The notes under the pieces: model-generated
The model's input: the letters and a program-made list of their open reading frames with translations, nothing else
Databases searched by the model: none
What the model was told of the DNA's origin: nothing
In this document: positions 6,273-15,380 of the stretch, piece by piece
How positions within the stretch are numbered: the first letter of the stretch is position 1
Layout: the number at the start of each line of letters is the position of its first letter
Position numbers and translations under genes: made by a program
Source of the DNA: Abditibacteriaceae bacterium
GTDB lineage: Bacteria; Armatimonadota; Abditibacteriia; Abditibacteriales; Abditibacteriaceae
NCBI GenBank assembly: GCA_031372065.1
Contig: JANMKN010000292.1
Location: 1-20,766 of the forward strand
Length of the DNA stretch: 20,766 bases
Direction: 5' to 3'

Positions 6273-8939
6273 ATGGTAAAATTTGCTCCGATGATGTCCG
6301 ACGAACCACACCAACACCACGCGGAAAATTCGCTAAACCTGCAAAATGGCACGCAAAGCGGCACTCAGAATGGCGCGCCGCCACGTCTCGCACCGCCGTT
6401 TGCGATGGTAGCTTTGGATTGCGGGCAGTCATCCTTCGACCGCGAACTGACTTATACCGTGCCCGAAAATTGGCGCCCGTTTATGCGCACCGGCTTCGCG
6501 GTTTTAGTGCCTGTCGGACGACAAATGGTGACTGGATTCATCACCGGATTCAGCCAGACAGCCGATTTCGACGGCCAAATTCGTCCGTTAGCGCGATTAT
6601 TATCCAAAGCGCCGCTTTTTGACCGCAATTCGCTTAAATTAGCGCGTTGGATGAGCGCTTACTACCATTGCCCGCTCAATTTTTGCCTTGATTGTTTCAT
6701 CCCGCACGGTTGGCAAGTTGCGCTGGAACGGCGCTTTGTTTTGGCTTCGCAAGATCACCACGAAAACCTGCGTTTGCTGCGCGATTTATCGCGCAGTCCG
6801 CGTCAGGCGCAAATTTTTCAATTGCTTATCGAAACCGCGCGGCCTATGACGCAAAAGGAAATCGAAAAAGCACTTGGCGGCGCCAAACTCAGCGACGGCT
6901 TGAAAAAATTAGTCGAAGACGGCGCCGTGCAAATGAACGAAGAAGTTCTCGATTCGGGCCAAAAACCGCGCCGCGTTTTGGCGGTGCGCGCCCTACCCGA
7001 CCTGGCCCCCGACGAAGAAACGTGGCTCGCTCTCGAAAAAGCCGCGCCCAAACAAGCCGAGGCGCTGCATCGCTTGTTGACATTCACAACGCCCATCGCC
7101 GCCGCGCAACTCGCGCGCGAGGAAAACATGGATTCGGCGCTTTTGCGCGCGCTCGAAAAGAAAGGCTACGTCGAATTTTCGCATCTCGAAATTCGCCGCG
7201 ACCCAACAGCCGATATGCCCATCGCCGATGTCGGCAAAGTAGTTCTCACCGACGAACAAAAAAACGCCGTAGCCGAAATCGAAGCCGCGCTGCATTCCAG
7301 TGGGCAGTGGGCAGTGAGCAGTGGGCAGAAAACACAGCCCTCAGCAGAGCCACCGACCACCGACCACCGACCACCGACCACTGTTCTTCTGCACGGCGTC
7401 ACCGCCAGCGGCAAAACCGAGGTTTACCTGACGGCCATTGAAAAATGCCTGCAAATGGGCCGTCGCGCTTTGGTCTTGGTGCCGGAAATCGCGCTTACAG
7501 CGCAAACGGTGGAGATTTTCCAGCGGCGTTTTCAAGAACGCGTGGCGATTTTGCATTCGGCGCTGGGCGCGGGTGAGCGCTTCGACGAATGGCGCCGCGC
7601 CCGCAGCGGTAAGGCTGACATTGTTGTCGGCGCGCGTTCGGCGATTTTCGCGCCGTGCCGCAATGTCGGCCTGATTATCATTGACGAAGAACACGATCAT
7701 TCTTATAAACAAGATTCCACGCCGCGTTATCACGCCCGCGATTTGGCTTTAAAGCGCGCTTCCTATGAAAACGCCGTTGTGGTTTTGGGTTCGGCCACGC
7801 CCAGCCTCGAAAGTTACTATCGCGCCACGCGCGGCGAATTTACGCACGTCAAAATGACAACGCGCGTCGGCATTCGCGTCATGCCCGAAGTCGAAACCGT
7901 TGACATGACCGGCGAAGCGCAAATGGGACTTTTGCCGCCGCTGTCACGCCGCTTAAAAGAAGAACTTTGCGCCACTGTCGCGCGCGGTGAACAAGCGATT
8001 TTGTTCCTTAACCGGCGCGGTTTTGCGACTTATGTGCAGTGCCTCGAATGCGGCCACGCCGAGCGCTGCGAAAACTGCGATGTGACGCTGACTTATCACA
8101 AAGGCGACGGCATTTTGCGCTGTCATCACTGCGATTTTCAGCGCGAAGTGCGCCAGGAATGCCCGCAATGCAAGGGCTGGATGATTGGTTTCACCGGCAC
8201 CGGAACCGAGAAAATCGAGGCCGAAGTCGCCGAATTATTGCATAAAAACCAGCTCAACACCAAAATTTTGCGCCTTGACCGCGATACGACGATGCAAAAA
8301 GGCGCGCACGCGCGGATTTTGTCGGAATTTCGTCATGGCCGCGCGCAAATTCTCATCGGCACGCAAATGGTGACGAAGGGTTTGGATTTCCCGAACGTGA
8401 CTTTGGTGGGCGTGATTTCCGCCGATGCCGCGTTGAATGTGCCCGATTTTCGCGCGTCGGAGCGCACTTTTCAGCTTTTGGCCCAAGTTTCGGGCCGCGC
8501 CGGACGCGGAAACCGTCCGGGCCGCGTTTTGGTGCAAACTTTGACCACCGACCACTACGCCATCGAAGCCGCTTGCCAACACGATTACGATTTGTTCATC
8601 AATCAGGAAATCGAATCGCGCCAATCGCCGTGCTATCCGCCGTTCACGCATATCGTGAACGTGATTTCCAGCGACGAAGATTTAAACATCGCGCGCGGAC
8701 GCTTGGAAAAATTAGCGATTCGTTTTCACGACGCGATTGCCAAAAACGGCGGCGGAACCGAACTTCTCGGCCCGGTAGATTGCCCTTTGGCGCGGGTTAA
8801 AAACAAATTTCGCTTTCATTTGATGCTGCGAGATCGCAATCGCCCGCGCCTGCATCGCGTGCTGGCGGTTTACGACGAACTGCCCCAAGAAGCACGCAGC
8901 GGTCTGATTGTTGATGTAGACGCCATGACGACTTTGTGA
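6273..8939 (+). CDS. priA: primosomal protein N' (replication restart helicase)
   Basis: LTY-VP/VPVG 3'-binding domain, HGVTASGKTEVY, DEEHD, GSATPS, four CxxC zinc motifs, GTQMVTKGLDFPNVTLV, QVSGRAGR. The true start may be ATG 6291 or 6294. Confidence 0.97.
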   Translation: MVKFAPMMSDEPHQHHAENSLNLQNGTQSGTQNGAPPRLAPPFAMVALDCGQSSFDRELTYTVPENWRPFMRTGFAVLVPVGRQMVTGFITGFSQTADFDGQIRPLARLLSKAPLFDRNSLKLARWMSAYYHCPLNFCLDCFIPHGWQVALERRFVLASQDHHENLRLLRDLSRSPRQAQIFQLLIETARPMTQKEIEKALGGAKLSDGLKKLVEDGAVQMNEEVLDSGQKPRRVLAVRALPDLAPDEETWLALEKAAPKQAEALHRLLTFTTPIAAAQLAREENMDSALLRALEKKGYVEFSHLEIRRDPTADMPIADVGKVVLTDEQKNAVAEIEAALHSSGQWAVSSGQKTQPSAEPPTTDHRPPTTVLLHGVTASGKTEVYLTAIEKCLQMGRRALVLVPEIALTAQTVEIFQRRFQERVAILHSALGAGERFDEWRRARSGKADIVVGARSAIFAPCRNVGLIIIDEEHDHSYKQDSTPRYHARDLALKRASYENAVVVLGSATPSLESYYRATRGEFTHVKMTTRVGIRVMPEVETVDMTGEAQMGLLPPLSRRLKEELCATVARGEQAILFLNRRGFATYVQCLECGHAERCENCDVTLTYHKGDGILRCHHCDFQREVRQECPQCKGWMIGFTGTGTEKIEAEVAELLHKNQLNTKILRLDRDTTMQKGAHARILSEFRHGRAQILIGTQMVTKGLDFPNVTLVGVISADAALNVPDFRASERTFQLLAQVSGRAGRGNRPGRVLVQTLTTDHYAIEAACQHDYDLFINQEIESRQSPCYPPFTHIVNVISSDEDLNIARGRLEKLAIRFHDAIAKNGGGTELLGPVDCPLARVKNKFRFHLMLRDRNRPRLHRVLAVYDELPQEARSGLIVDVDAMTTL
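7298..7383. repeat. heptamer tandem-repeat hairpin-like element inside priA
   Basis: (CAGTGGG)x4 with one CAGTGAG variant plus CAG, a 21-nt spacer, then (CCACCGA)x4 plus CCACTG; translated in frame as SGQWAVSSGQKTQPSAEPPTTDHRPPTT. Confidence 0.9.
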
Positions 8940-9982
8940 ATTTTATGAATGAACTTTTGACTGTATCCTGGGAAAACGGCGCGGTGCGCTTGCTCGATCA
9001 AAACGCGCTGCCGGGCGAAATGCGCTACTTGAATTTTGAGCGTTGGCAAGATGTGGTGGACGCCATTCGTATCATGACGGTGCGCGGCGCGCCCGCCATC
9101 GGCGCCACCGCCGCGCTGGGTTTGGCCCTTGCCGCGCAGCAAATCGAAGGCAATTCGCGCGAAGATTTTTTGCTGCAACTCGACAAGGCCGCGTGGTCTT
9201 TCAAAGGCGCGCGTCCAACCGCCGTTAATTTGTTTTGGGCCATTGACCGCCTGATGAAACGCGCGCGCAACTGCGAAGGCGGCATCAAAGAAATCCGCGC
9301 CATTATTTTGGGCGATGCCACGCGAATGCTGGGCGAGGATGTAGATATTAACCGTCAAATGGGCGCGCACGGCGCGGCGCTTTTGCCCGATAATGCGCGC
9401 GTTATCACGCATTGCAATGCGGGCGCGCTTGCCACCGTCGGGCACGGCACGGCGCTTGGCGTGATTCGCAGCGCGGTGGAAATCGGCAAGAAAATTCATG
9501 TTTTCGCCGACGAAACGCGGCCCCGCTTGCAAGGCATGAAGCTGACCGCGTGGGAATTGCAGCGCGACGGCATTCCCGTCACCATAATCGCCGATAACAT
9601 GGCAGCCGTGCTACTGCGCGACAGGAAAGCCGATTGCGTGATTGTCGGCGCTGACCGCATCGCGTCCAACGGCGACACCGCCAACAAAATCGGCACTTAC
9701 GGCCTCGCGGTGCAAGCGCATTATCATGGCGTGCCGTTTTACGTTGCCGCGCCGCTTTCGACCATTGATTTCGATTTGCAAAACGGCACGCAAATTCCCA
9801 TCGAAGAACGCGACCCGACGGAAATGACGCACGCTGGCGAAACCAATTTGGCGCCCTTTGATGTGCCGGTCTGGAATCCGGCCTTCGATGTGACACCGGC
9901 GAATTTAATCACCGCCATCATCACCGAAAAAGGCATCGCCCGCGCGCCGTTTCTCGAAAGTTTGGCGGCGTTGCGGGCGTAG
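8936..9982 (+). CDS. mtnA: S-methyl-5-thioribose-1-phosphate isomerase
   Basis: LLDQ, VRGAPAIG, RPTAVNL, THCNAGALAT, DETRPRLQG, GADRIASNGDTANKIGT, NPAFDVTP. GTGA overlap with the priA stop; alternative ATG at 8945. Confidence 0.96.
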   Translation: MNFMNELLTVSWENGAVRLLDQNALPGEMRYLNFERWQDVVDAIRIMTVRGAPAIGATAALGLALAAQQIEGNSREDFLLQLDKAAWSFKGARPTAVNLFWAIDRLMKRARNCEGGIKEIRAIILGDATRMLGEDVDINRQMGAHGAALLPDNARVITHCNAGALATVGHGTALGVIRSAVEIGKKIHVFADETRPRLQGMKLTAWELQRDGIPVTIIADNMAAVLLRDRKADCVIVGADRIASNGDTANKIGTYGLAVQAHYHGVPFYVAAPLSTIDFDLQNGTQIPIEERDPTEMTHAGETNLAPFDVPVWNPAFDVTPANLITAIITEKGIARAPFLESLAALRA

Positions 9983-10035
9983 TTTTGAAGTGTTTCTATG
10001 GCTTGAGCAGAAGCGCACAGTGGAATTCATCATAA

Positions 10036-10073
10036 AAAAAAGGCCCGCTGCAAATTTGCAACGGGCCTTTTTT
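10036..10073. terminator. bidirectional terminator between convergent mtnA and the Fn3 gene
   Basis: A-tract-GGCCCGCTGCAAATTTGCAACGGGCC-T6 hairpin. Confidence 0.85.
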
Positions 10074-10085
10074 CTGCTTTCAGCC

Positions 10086-11006
10086 TCACACGGCCAGTTC
10101 AAGCACTTCGCTAACCGGGCCTTCGCCGTGTTCGTTGACGGCGCGAATCATGAAACGCACTGTCCCGCCCGCTGGCAGATTCAGCACGGTGGCGTCGCTG
10201 TCATGCACAGTTTGGTTGAGATTGAAATGCGCGTCGGTGCCGACGATTTGCACATAAACGTGGTAACTGGTGGCCAAATCGCTATCGCGCCAATCGAGCA
10301 TGACGCTTTGCGGCAACACGCCCGCGTGCGCCACGAAAGCTTTGATGCTGCCCGGCGCGCCGACCACAGCCGGAGGCACAAAACCGAAATCATACCAACG
10401 CGCGTCGTCGCCCGGCATCAGACTGGAAAGTTCTTTAATGAGATTGCGCAAGCGCCCCACAAGCGTGCGAATCGCCGCGTCGCGCGCTCTTTTGGCGTTG
10501 AGATTGGCGGTTTGCGCCGTGATTTCGCCGCCAATAGCGCCGATTAATTGCGTGTGCAGCGCGGTGATGCGCGTCGCTGTGAAGTTGAGTGGCGCATTTT
10601 CGTGTGCGCTATGACTTGTCAGATAAGCGGCCAGCGTTTCGAGTAGCAGCGCCAAATCATCCGGGTCGTGCGGCAGTGCCAGCGTGCGATGCGTCCAACC
10701 GGCGGCGTTCCAAGGCTGCGAATAATCGCGTCCCAGATGCGGCTTGAGCAAATCGCGCCCGGTGAGTATTTCGGGCGTCATTTGCCGCACCACAGACTGC
10801 CGTGTTTTGCTGGCGCTTGCTTTTACCGTTCGCGTGCTGACAAAATTCCTCTGCGCCGTGACCAACGCCGCACGATCTATCAGCACATTAGATTCGGTGT
10901 TATGCGCCACACCCAGCGTCGTTTCATGCAGATGCAACCCCGCCGCTGCCATCTCCGCCTGCCGCAAAAGCGGCCCGACTTTGTTAAAAATAGGATTTTC
11001 CGCCAT
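10086..11006 (-). CDS. cytoplasmic protein with a duplicated helical region and a C-terminal fibronectin type III domain
   Basis: GGAGG RBS. Fn3 pattern VMLDW...ATSYHV...VLNLPAGGTVRFMIRAVNEHGEGPVS; two helical modules ending QPWNAAGW and ARWYDFGF; no signal peptide. Confidence 0.85.
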   Translation of the reverse strand: MAENPIFNKVGPLLRQAEMAAAGLHLHETTLGVAHNTESNVLIDRAALVTAQRNFVSTRTVKASASKTRQSVVRQMTPEILTGRDLLKPHLGRDYSQPWNAAGWTHRTLALPHDPDDLALLLETLAAYLTSHSAHENAPLNFTATRITALHTQLIGAIGGEITAQTANLNAKRARDAAIRTLVGRLRNLIKELSSLMPGDDARWYDFGFVPPAVVGAPGSIKAFVAHAGVLPQSVMLDWRDSDLATSYHVYVQIVGTDAHFNLNQTVHDSDATVLNLPAGGTVRFMIRAVNEHGEGPVSEVLELAV

Positions 11007-11056
11007 TTTATGCCTCCCAGAAGAAATATAACCAGCAAAAAACAGTCAACGACCCT

Positions 11057-11304
11057 TTTTTCCTTCCTCCAGAATGCCCGTAGGAAGTTTCGCGCACTTT
11101 TTCCTTCCCTCAAAATGCCCGTAGGAAGTTTCGCGCACTTTTTCCTTCCCTCAAAGTGCCCGATAGGAAGCTGCGGGCGTTTTTTGCTTCCCTCAAAATG
11201 CCCGCAGGAAGCTACGGGCATTTTTTCCTTCCCTCAAAGTGCCCGAAACTTCCTACGGGCACTTTTTCCTTCCCCCAAAATGCCCGCAGGCTTCCGAAGA
11301 ACAC
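11057..11304. repeat. tandem array of six 41-42 bp hairpin-containing units
   Basis: Units start at 11057, 11098, 11139, 11181, 11222 and 11263. Each has a near-constant linker TTTTTCCTTCCCTCAAA and a palindromic arm RTGCCCG...CG(G/C)GCRY around a variable core; unit 6 is degenerate. Confidence 0.93.
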
Positions 11305-11333
11305 TTTTCACACTGCAAAAATGGATTACTCTT

Positions 11334-11364
11334 ATTTTATCACGCTTTGCGGCAGCGTTGGCAA
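11334..11364 (-). promoter_or_regulatory. candidate sigma70-type promoter upstream of the repeat array
   Basis: Extended -10 TGATAAAAT (11342-11334) and TTGCCA (11364-11359, 19-nt spacer), about 30 nt before the array. Confidence 0.4.
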
Positions 11365-11427
11365 GGCCCCAACATCGTCAGTTCGTGATTTCTTGTCTCA
11401 GGCAGCCATTACGCGAAGTAACACGTC

Positions 11428-12177
11428 TCAAATACGTTTCAGCCACAGATGTCGAATTGTAATATCCGGGATTTTATCTCCCGTTTCTTTGTAGATAAGA
11501 GGATTGCCTTTATCATCTTTTCTATCGTGTTGGGTAACATGGACAGCCTCGCTTAAAGCGGTAGCTTTTGAACGACTGCACGGCGAAGGGCCTGCTTTGG
11601 TAGTAATATTCGACGGCTTCTTATTTAACGCCTGTTTTAATGATTCTGTGCCGCGTTTCTTTTTAGGGTCTATCTCATAGTCGGAGCGAGCGTAACCAAC
11701 CATCATCGCCTCAGTCATCGCCCACGCATAGCGCCCATCTACGAAGCGAATTAAGCCCTCGCTGCAATAGCAGGAGCCAACCGTGTGGGTTGAATCAACT
11801 GGCTTGCATTCGATGAAAAGGCCGTCATCAGAATGTAATTCAACTTCGGGACGCCCAATTATATCAACAAAAAGGTCGGGCATTTTGTCAATGTCTTTGC
11901 CAAGATAGTTGGCAAATTTCGGTTCACGATACACGCGAAAAATATCAAGATTAAATCCATCCACGATTCGCTTGTTCAGAACTTTGTTGCAAAGTATGAG
12001 GCGTAGATGGTGAGTGATTGTGTCTTCATCTGCCTTCGCCCAATCAAACCCGGCGGGCGGCTGTGTTCGGAGTAAATCCCAAGCCACAACCATAGCTTCT
12101 TCCACAATTAAAAATTGCGCCTTTGAAATTTTTGTATGCGGCGGAAGGGGCAACTGGGGTTGCTCATACATCAGCAT
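11428..12177 (-). CDS. putative PD-(D/E)XK nuclease partnered with the methyltransferase
   Basis: MPDLFV...FIECK catalytic-like triad, then YCSEGLIRFVDGRYA...MMVGY; starts 3 nt after the MTase stop. Confidence 0.7.
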   Translation of the reverse strand: MLMYEQPQLPLPPHTKISKAQFLIVEEAMVVAWDLLRTQPPAGFDWAKADEDTITHHLRLILCNKVLNKRIVDGFNLDIFRVYREPKFANYLGKDIDKMPDLFVDIIGRPEVELHSDDGLFIECKPVDSTHTVGSCYCSEGLIRFVDGRYAWAMTEAMMVGYARSDYEIDPKKKRGTESLKQALNKKPSNITTKAGPSPCSRSKATALSEAVHVTQHDRKDDKGNPLIYKETGDKIPDITIRHLWLKRI

Positions 12178-12180
12178 ATT

Positions 12181-15100
12181 TTAGTCCTCAAAAATATCCA
12201 TGTAATTTCGCACAATTTCTGCCGCGCACAAGCGCGCACGCGTTGGCGTCCAGTAGCGATATTGATTTAACATGGCGACGGCTAAACCGCCTTCAATTGG
12301 GTAGAAGATGCGCGTCGCGCCATTTTTACTGGCTTCTTTTACGATCTTGCGCCACAAATCTTCATCGGGAGACGGCATTTTGTCACTCTCGCCGATCAGC
12401 AAAACACCATAGGGCGTTTTATCCGAAGGTGACCCAGAAAAAGCAACCAATCGTTGATTAGTTTGCGGCTGCCAGAAAGTGAGATTCGACTCGCGCCCCA
12501 CGACATTGAAAAACGGTTTTAGAAGTTTCATCAACCGTTGACGAAAAGCTTCAAATTCTTCAGGGTTTGGCGCGTTACAGGCGCGTTGGCGCGCTGATTC
12601 GTAAGGCATCCCGACAGCGAGCGTATCGCGGATGACTTCCATGTCGAGTTCGTCCAAGCCATAGAGTCCCGCAAAGAAAGAGTCAATATCATCGAAGACG
12701 TTCATGTCTTCTTTAATCAATCGCTCACTTAGACGCGCAATAGTCTTTTCCTGTGCGGACGTGAGTGAGTCGAGAGGGATGATGGGGCAGTCATTTATAT
12801 CGCACTTGTAAAATCGTCGGCGCTCTGCCCCAAACACAGGGCTATTCAACAAAGCATAGTGCATCCAAATGTCGCTATGCATAAACAAATGGATATACTG
12901 CGCCAGTAACTTCTCTTGAGGATGTCCCTTGGTTGAATAGCCATAGAAACTCTTGTCATACACTACATCATCAAAGCTCAACAGGGCACGACCATTTTCT
13001 TTTTCAACGCCAGGTGATTCCTTTATCAAAACTAATGGTGCTTGATAAACATCACGAGTGCGTGGCCACGCTAACCGCGCACGATTGAATTTCTTTTCGA
13101 CCTCGTCTGCTTTCACATAAAATCGTGGTAGTTTTTCATTGTCTAATTCCGGCAGCCCGCGCAAGAACCCTGCATCTCTGCTTTCCTGTCTATCTATAGC
13201 AATATAACCTTGACGACTCTTCAGTTGTAAATCATCTTCCCAATACTCTCCCAGTGGCCGCCCCTCAGCCTCTTTCATCTTTCGCACAATCTCAATATCC
13301 AGCGCCGTTCCAACCGTCAATGCCTTCCATAACCACGGCTCATCGAAAGTTGCTTCAACCTCCACCGGAGTTGCTGACTTAGAGTCAATCCACATTTCCC
13401 CACGCCGATTGAGTGCTTTGTCGTAATAAGGCGTAACAAAATGTAAACGATGACCACTTTTCGGCTGGCGATTGGAGGCAAACAAAAGCATGATTGGCGG
13501 CTTTATCTCCGGCCAAACTTGAGTTTCACGGGCATTTGTGCAGTTAATGATGCCGTTGACTTCGAGCGATTGAAAAAGGGTTTTACGCGCTACGGAAGGA
13601 ACGTCTTCCTTCTTAAACAAAATGCGCGCAGGTAATGCCATTGCGATGCGTCCACCGGGCACGCACCATTCGGTAGATTTCCAAAGAAACGGCAAATCCG
13701 GCGCGCTATCGGGATTGTGATAGGCCACTGCCAAATCCTCGTCGCCCTTGCGTCGGATGATGTCCTTGCTGACTTCATTTAACTGAGCCGCGAGTGATTT
13801 ATGCTTTTCGTCAAAGCTCGTCCACGGTGGATTGCTTACGACAATGTCGAATTGGCCGTCAAACTTACCTGTGTATTTTGGATTCAGGCTACCTAAAACC
13901 GGCCCGCCCTGAGCGTCATCGTCTTCTCGGCATTTGATGAGAACAGTATCCCGCAGATTTTCAAAAATCAACTTCTTCGGCGGATTCGGGTCGGGGTCAA
14001 GCTCAATGGCTGTGAGATAGAGGCTAAGAGCGGCAAATTGCAAAGCCGATTCGCTAATATCGAAGCCCTTGATCTGCTCCATCAAGATTTTACGAATGGC
14101 AGCCGTATCGGGCCGTTCATCAGTTGCTTTCCAAAGTTCACGATAGAGACGATGAAAAGCAATCACCAAAAAGACACCGGCGCCGCAAGCCGGGTCAAGA
14201 ACACGGCATTTGTGGGCGTCTGGCAAGCCATCGAAAACCTCGCCAACTAATGTCTCGGCGATATTGCGCGGCGTATAATGCACGCTCGTGGAAGCGGCGT
14301 CTGGGCCCCACTTCCAAGAAAACTCTTCATAAACCTGACTGAGCAATCCAACGGGGACATGGGCAAAATCAAAATCATTCCATAAAGGAAGTTGATAATT
14401 GCCCTCGCCCGTCGCCTCATAAGCCCGTGTAATTGCGTTGAGGTGCGAAAAAATCTTTTCATTAGATTTCTGCCCAACGCTTTGAAAGAAATTCAAGCCT
14501 CTGCCTGTTAACGGCAAGAAATCTCCGTTGAAAGTGTCATCAAGCCATTGGCAGGTCTGAGCAGCATTTTCAGGATTTGAGAAGCAGTCATCTAATTTTT
14601 GTGTTTGCAACGCGATGCGATGAGCATCATTTTCGTTAACGATTTTTCTATCACGTAAGAAACGCAGGAACAACGCCCGCCCTACCAAGGAAAGAACATC
14701 ACGTCTATCTAAATCGCACTCAACAAGTTCTTTAGCTGCCTGATTCAGCAACTTGAACATCTGGTCAAAAACCAACGTGCCGCTTGCCGCTTCTTTTTTT
14801 CCGTCGTAATGTCCCCGCGCCAAGCGAGGGAAAAAAGACAAGGCTTTTTCGCTGCCTGCTGTGTATTCTTTCCAAGGCAAACCTTTTTCCTTCAACGCAA
14901 CAGAAACAATGGATAACTGACCGGGACTAAGCCGCGCCACATAAGCACGCTGCCCACGGCAGGCCACGGCGTGTCGCAAGCTCTGGATTTGTTTTTCTGA
15001 TTCTTGTGGAGATTGCGAGAGCCGCCCTGCATTTACAACGAACAAGAGCGGGCGTCCTTGGCTTTCGACTACATAATCCGGTGACAACTCCAAACCACCG

Positions 15101-15252
15101 CGAGGCTCTATAAGGTCAAGGTAGTCGAGTGTTTCCGGCAACGGCTCGCGGAGAGACTTAATGCTACCGTCGGGCACACCGTATTTTTGCAGTTCAGTGC
15201 TGAGGTTCACGGTTTCTTGGGCAGGCATTTTAGTTGTATGCAGTATGGTCAA
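12181..15252 (-). CDS. large N6-adenine DNA methyltransferase (Eco57I/type IIG-like architecture)
   Basis: HYTPRNIA (motif X), VLDPACGAGVFL (motif I), GFDI, FDIVVSNPPW (motif IV) and a C-terminal TaqI-like target-recognition region. Likely ATG start at 15228; lower GC than the flanks. Confidence 0.9.
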   Translation of the reverse strand: MTILHTTKMPAQETVNLSTELQKYGVPDGSIKSLREPLPETLDYLDLIEPRGGLELSPDYVVESQGRPLLFVVNAGRLSQSPQESEKQIQSLRHAVACRGQRAYVARLSPGQLSIVSVALKEKGLPWKEYTAGSEKALSFFPRLARGHYDGKKEAASGTLVFDQMFKLLNQAAKELVECDLDRRDVLSLVGRALFLRFLRDRKIVNENDAHRIALQTQKLDDCFSNPENAAQTCQWLDDTFNGDFLPLTGRGLNFFQSVGQKSNEKIFSHLNAITRAYEATGEGNYQLPLWNDFDFAHVPVGLLSQVYEEFSWKWGPDAASTSVHYTPRNIAETLVGEVFDGLPDAHKCRVLDPACGAGVFLVIAFHRLYRELWKATDERPDTAAIRKILMEQIKGFDISESALQFAALSLYLTAIELDPDPNPPKKLIFENLRDTVLIKCREDDDAQGGPVLGSLNPKYTGKFDGQFDIVVSNPPWTSFDEKHKSLAAQLNEVSKDIIRRKGDEDLAVAYHNPDSAPDLPFLWKSTEWCVPGGRIAMALPARILFKKEDVPSVARKTLFQSLEVNGIINCTNARETQVWPEIKPPIMLLFASNRQPKSGHRLHFVTPYYDKALNRRGEMWIDSKSATPVEVEATFDEPWLWKALTVGTALDIEIVRKMKEAEGRPLGEYWEDDLQLKSRQGYIAIDRQESRDAGFLRGLPELDNEKLPRFYVKADEVEKKFNRARLAWPRTRDVYQAPLVLIKESPGVEKENGRALLSFDDVVYDKSFYGYSTKGHPQEKLLAQYIHLFMHSDIWMHYALLNSPVFGAERRRFYKCDINDCPIIPLDSLTSAQEKTIARLSERLIKEDMNVFDDIDSFFAGLYGLDELDMEVIRDTLAVGMPYESARQRACNAPNPEEFEAFRQRLMKLLKPFFNVVGRESNLTFWQPQTNQRLVAFSGSPSDKTPYGVLLIGESDKMPSPDEDLWRKIVKEASKNGATRIFYPIEGGLAVAMLNQYRYWTPTRARLCAAEIVRNYMDIFED

Positions 15253-15317
15253 TTCAGGCCAAATTTGTATAGTCTTTCAGCCCATTTGTTCGTTAATTTT
15301 GAATAACAAGGCAGTAT

Positions 15318-15362
15318 AAAAAAGCAAAAGCCGCTGCCTATAAGACAATAGACAGCGGCTTT
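15318..15362 (-). terminator. intrinsic terminator of argG
   Basis: Minus strand AAGCCGCTGTCTAT-tgtctt-ATAGGCAGCGGCTT followed by TTGCTTTTTT. Confidence 0.8.
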
Positions 15363-15380
15363 CGATGCTTGACTGTCGGG

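Noticed and set aside
11057..11304. CRISPR array
   Set aside because: Units are near-identical tandem copies with only about 10 variable nt, no unique 25-45 nt spacers, and no cas genes in the window.
10668..11494. ORFs running through the repeat array (10668-11462, 10880-11221, 11156-11494)
   Set aside because: They overlap real genes, and the 41-bp period produces frame-rotating repetitive peptides, typical of spurious ORFs.
12181..15252. BREX PglX or DISARM methylase
   Set aside because: No brxC, pglZ, brxL or drm genes adjacent; only a two-gene module is visible.
11400..15320. Integrative element boundaries (att sites, integrase)
   Set aside because: No recombinase, tRNA or flanking direct repeats were seen; only composition suggests foreign origin.
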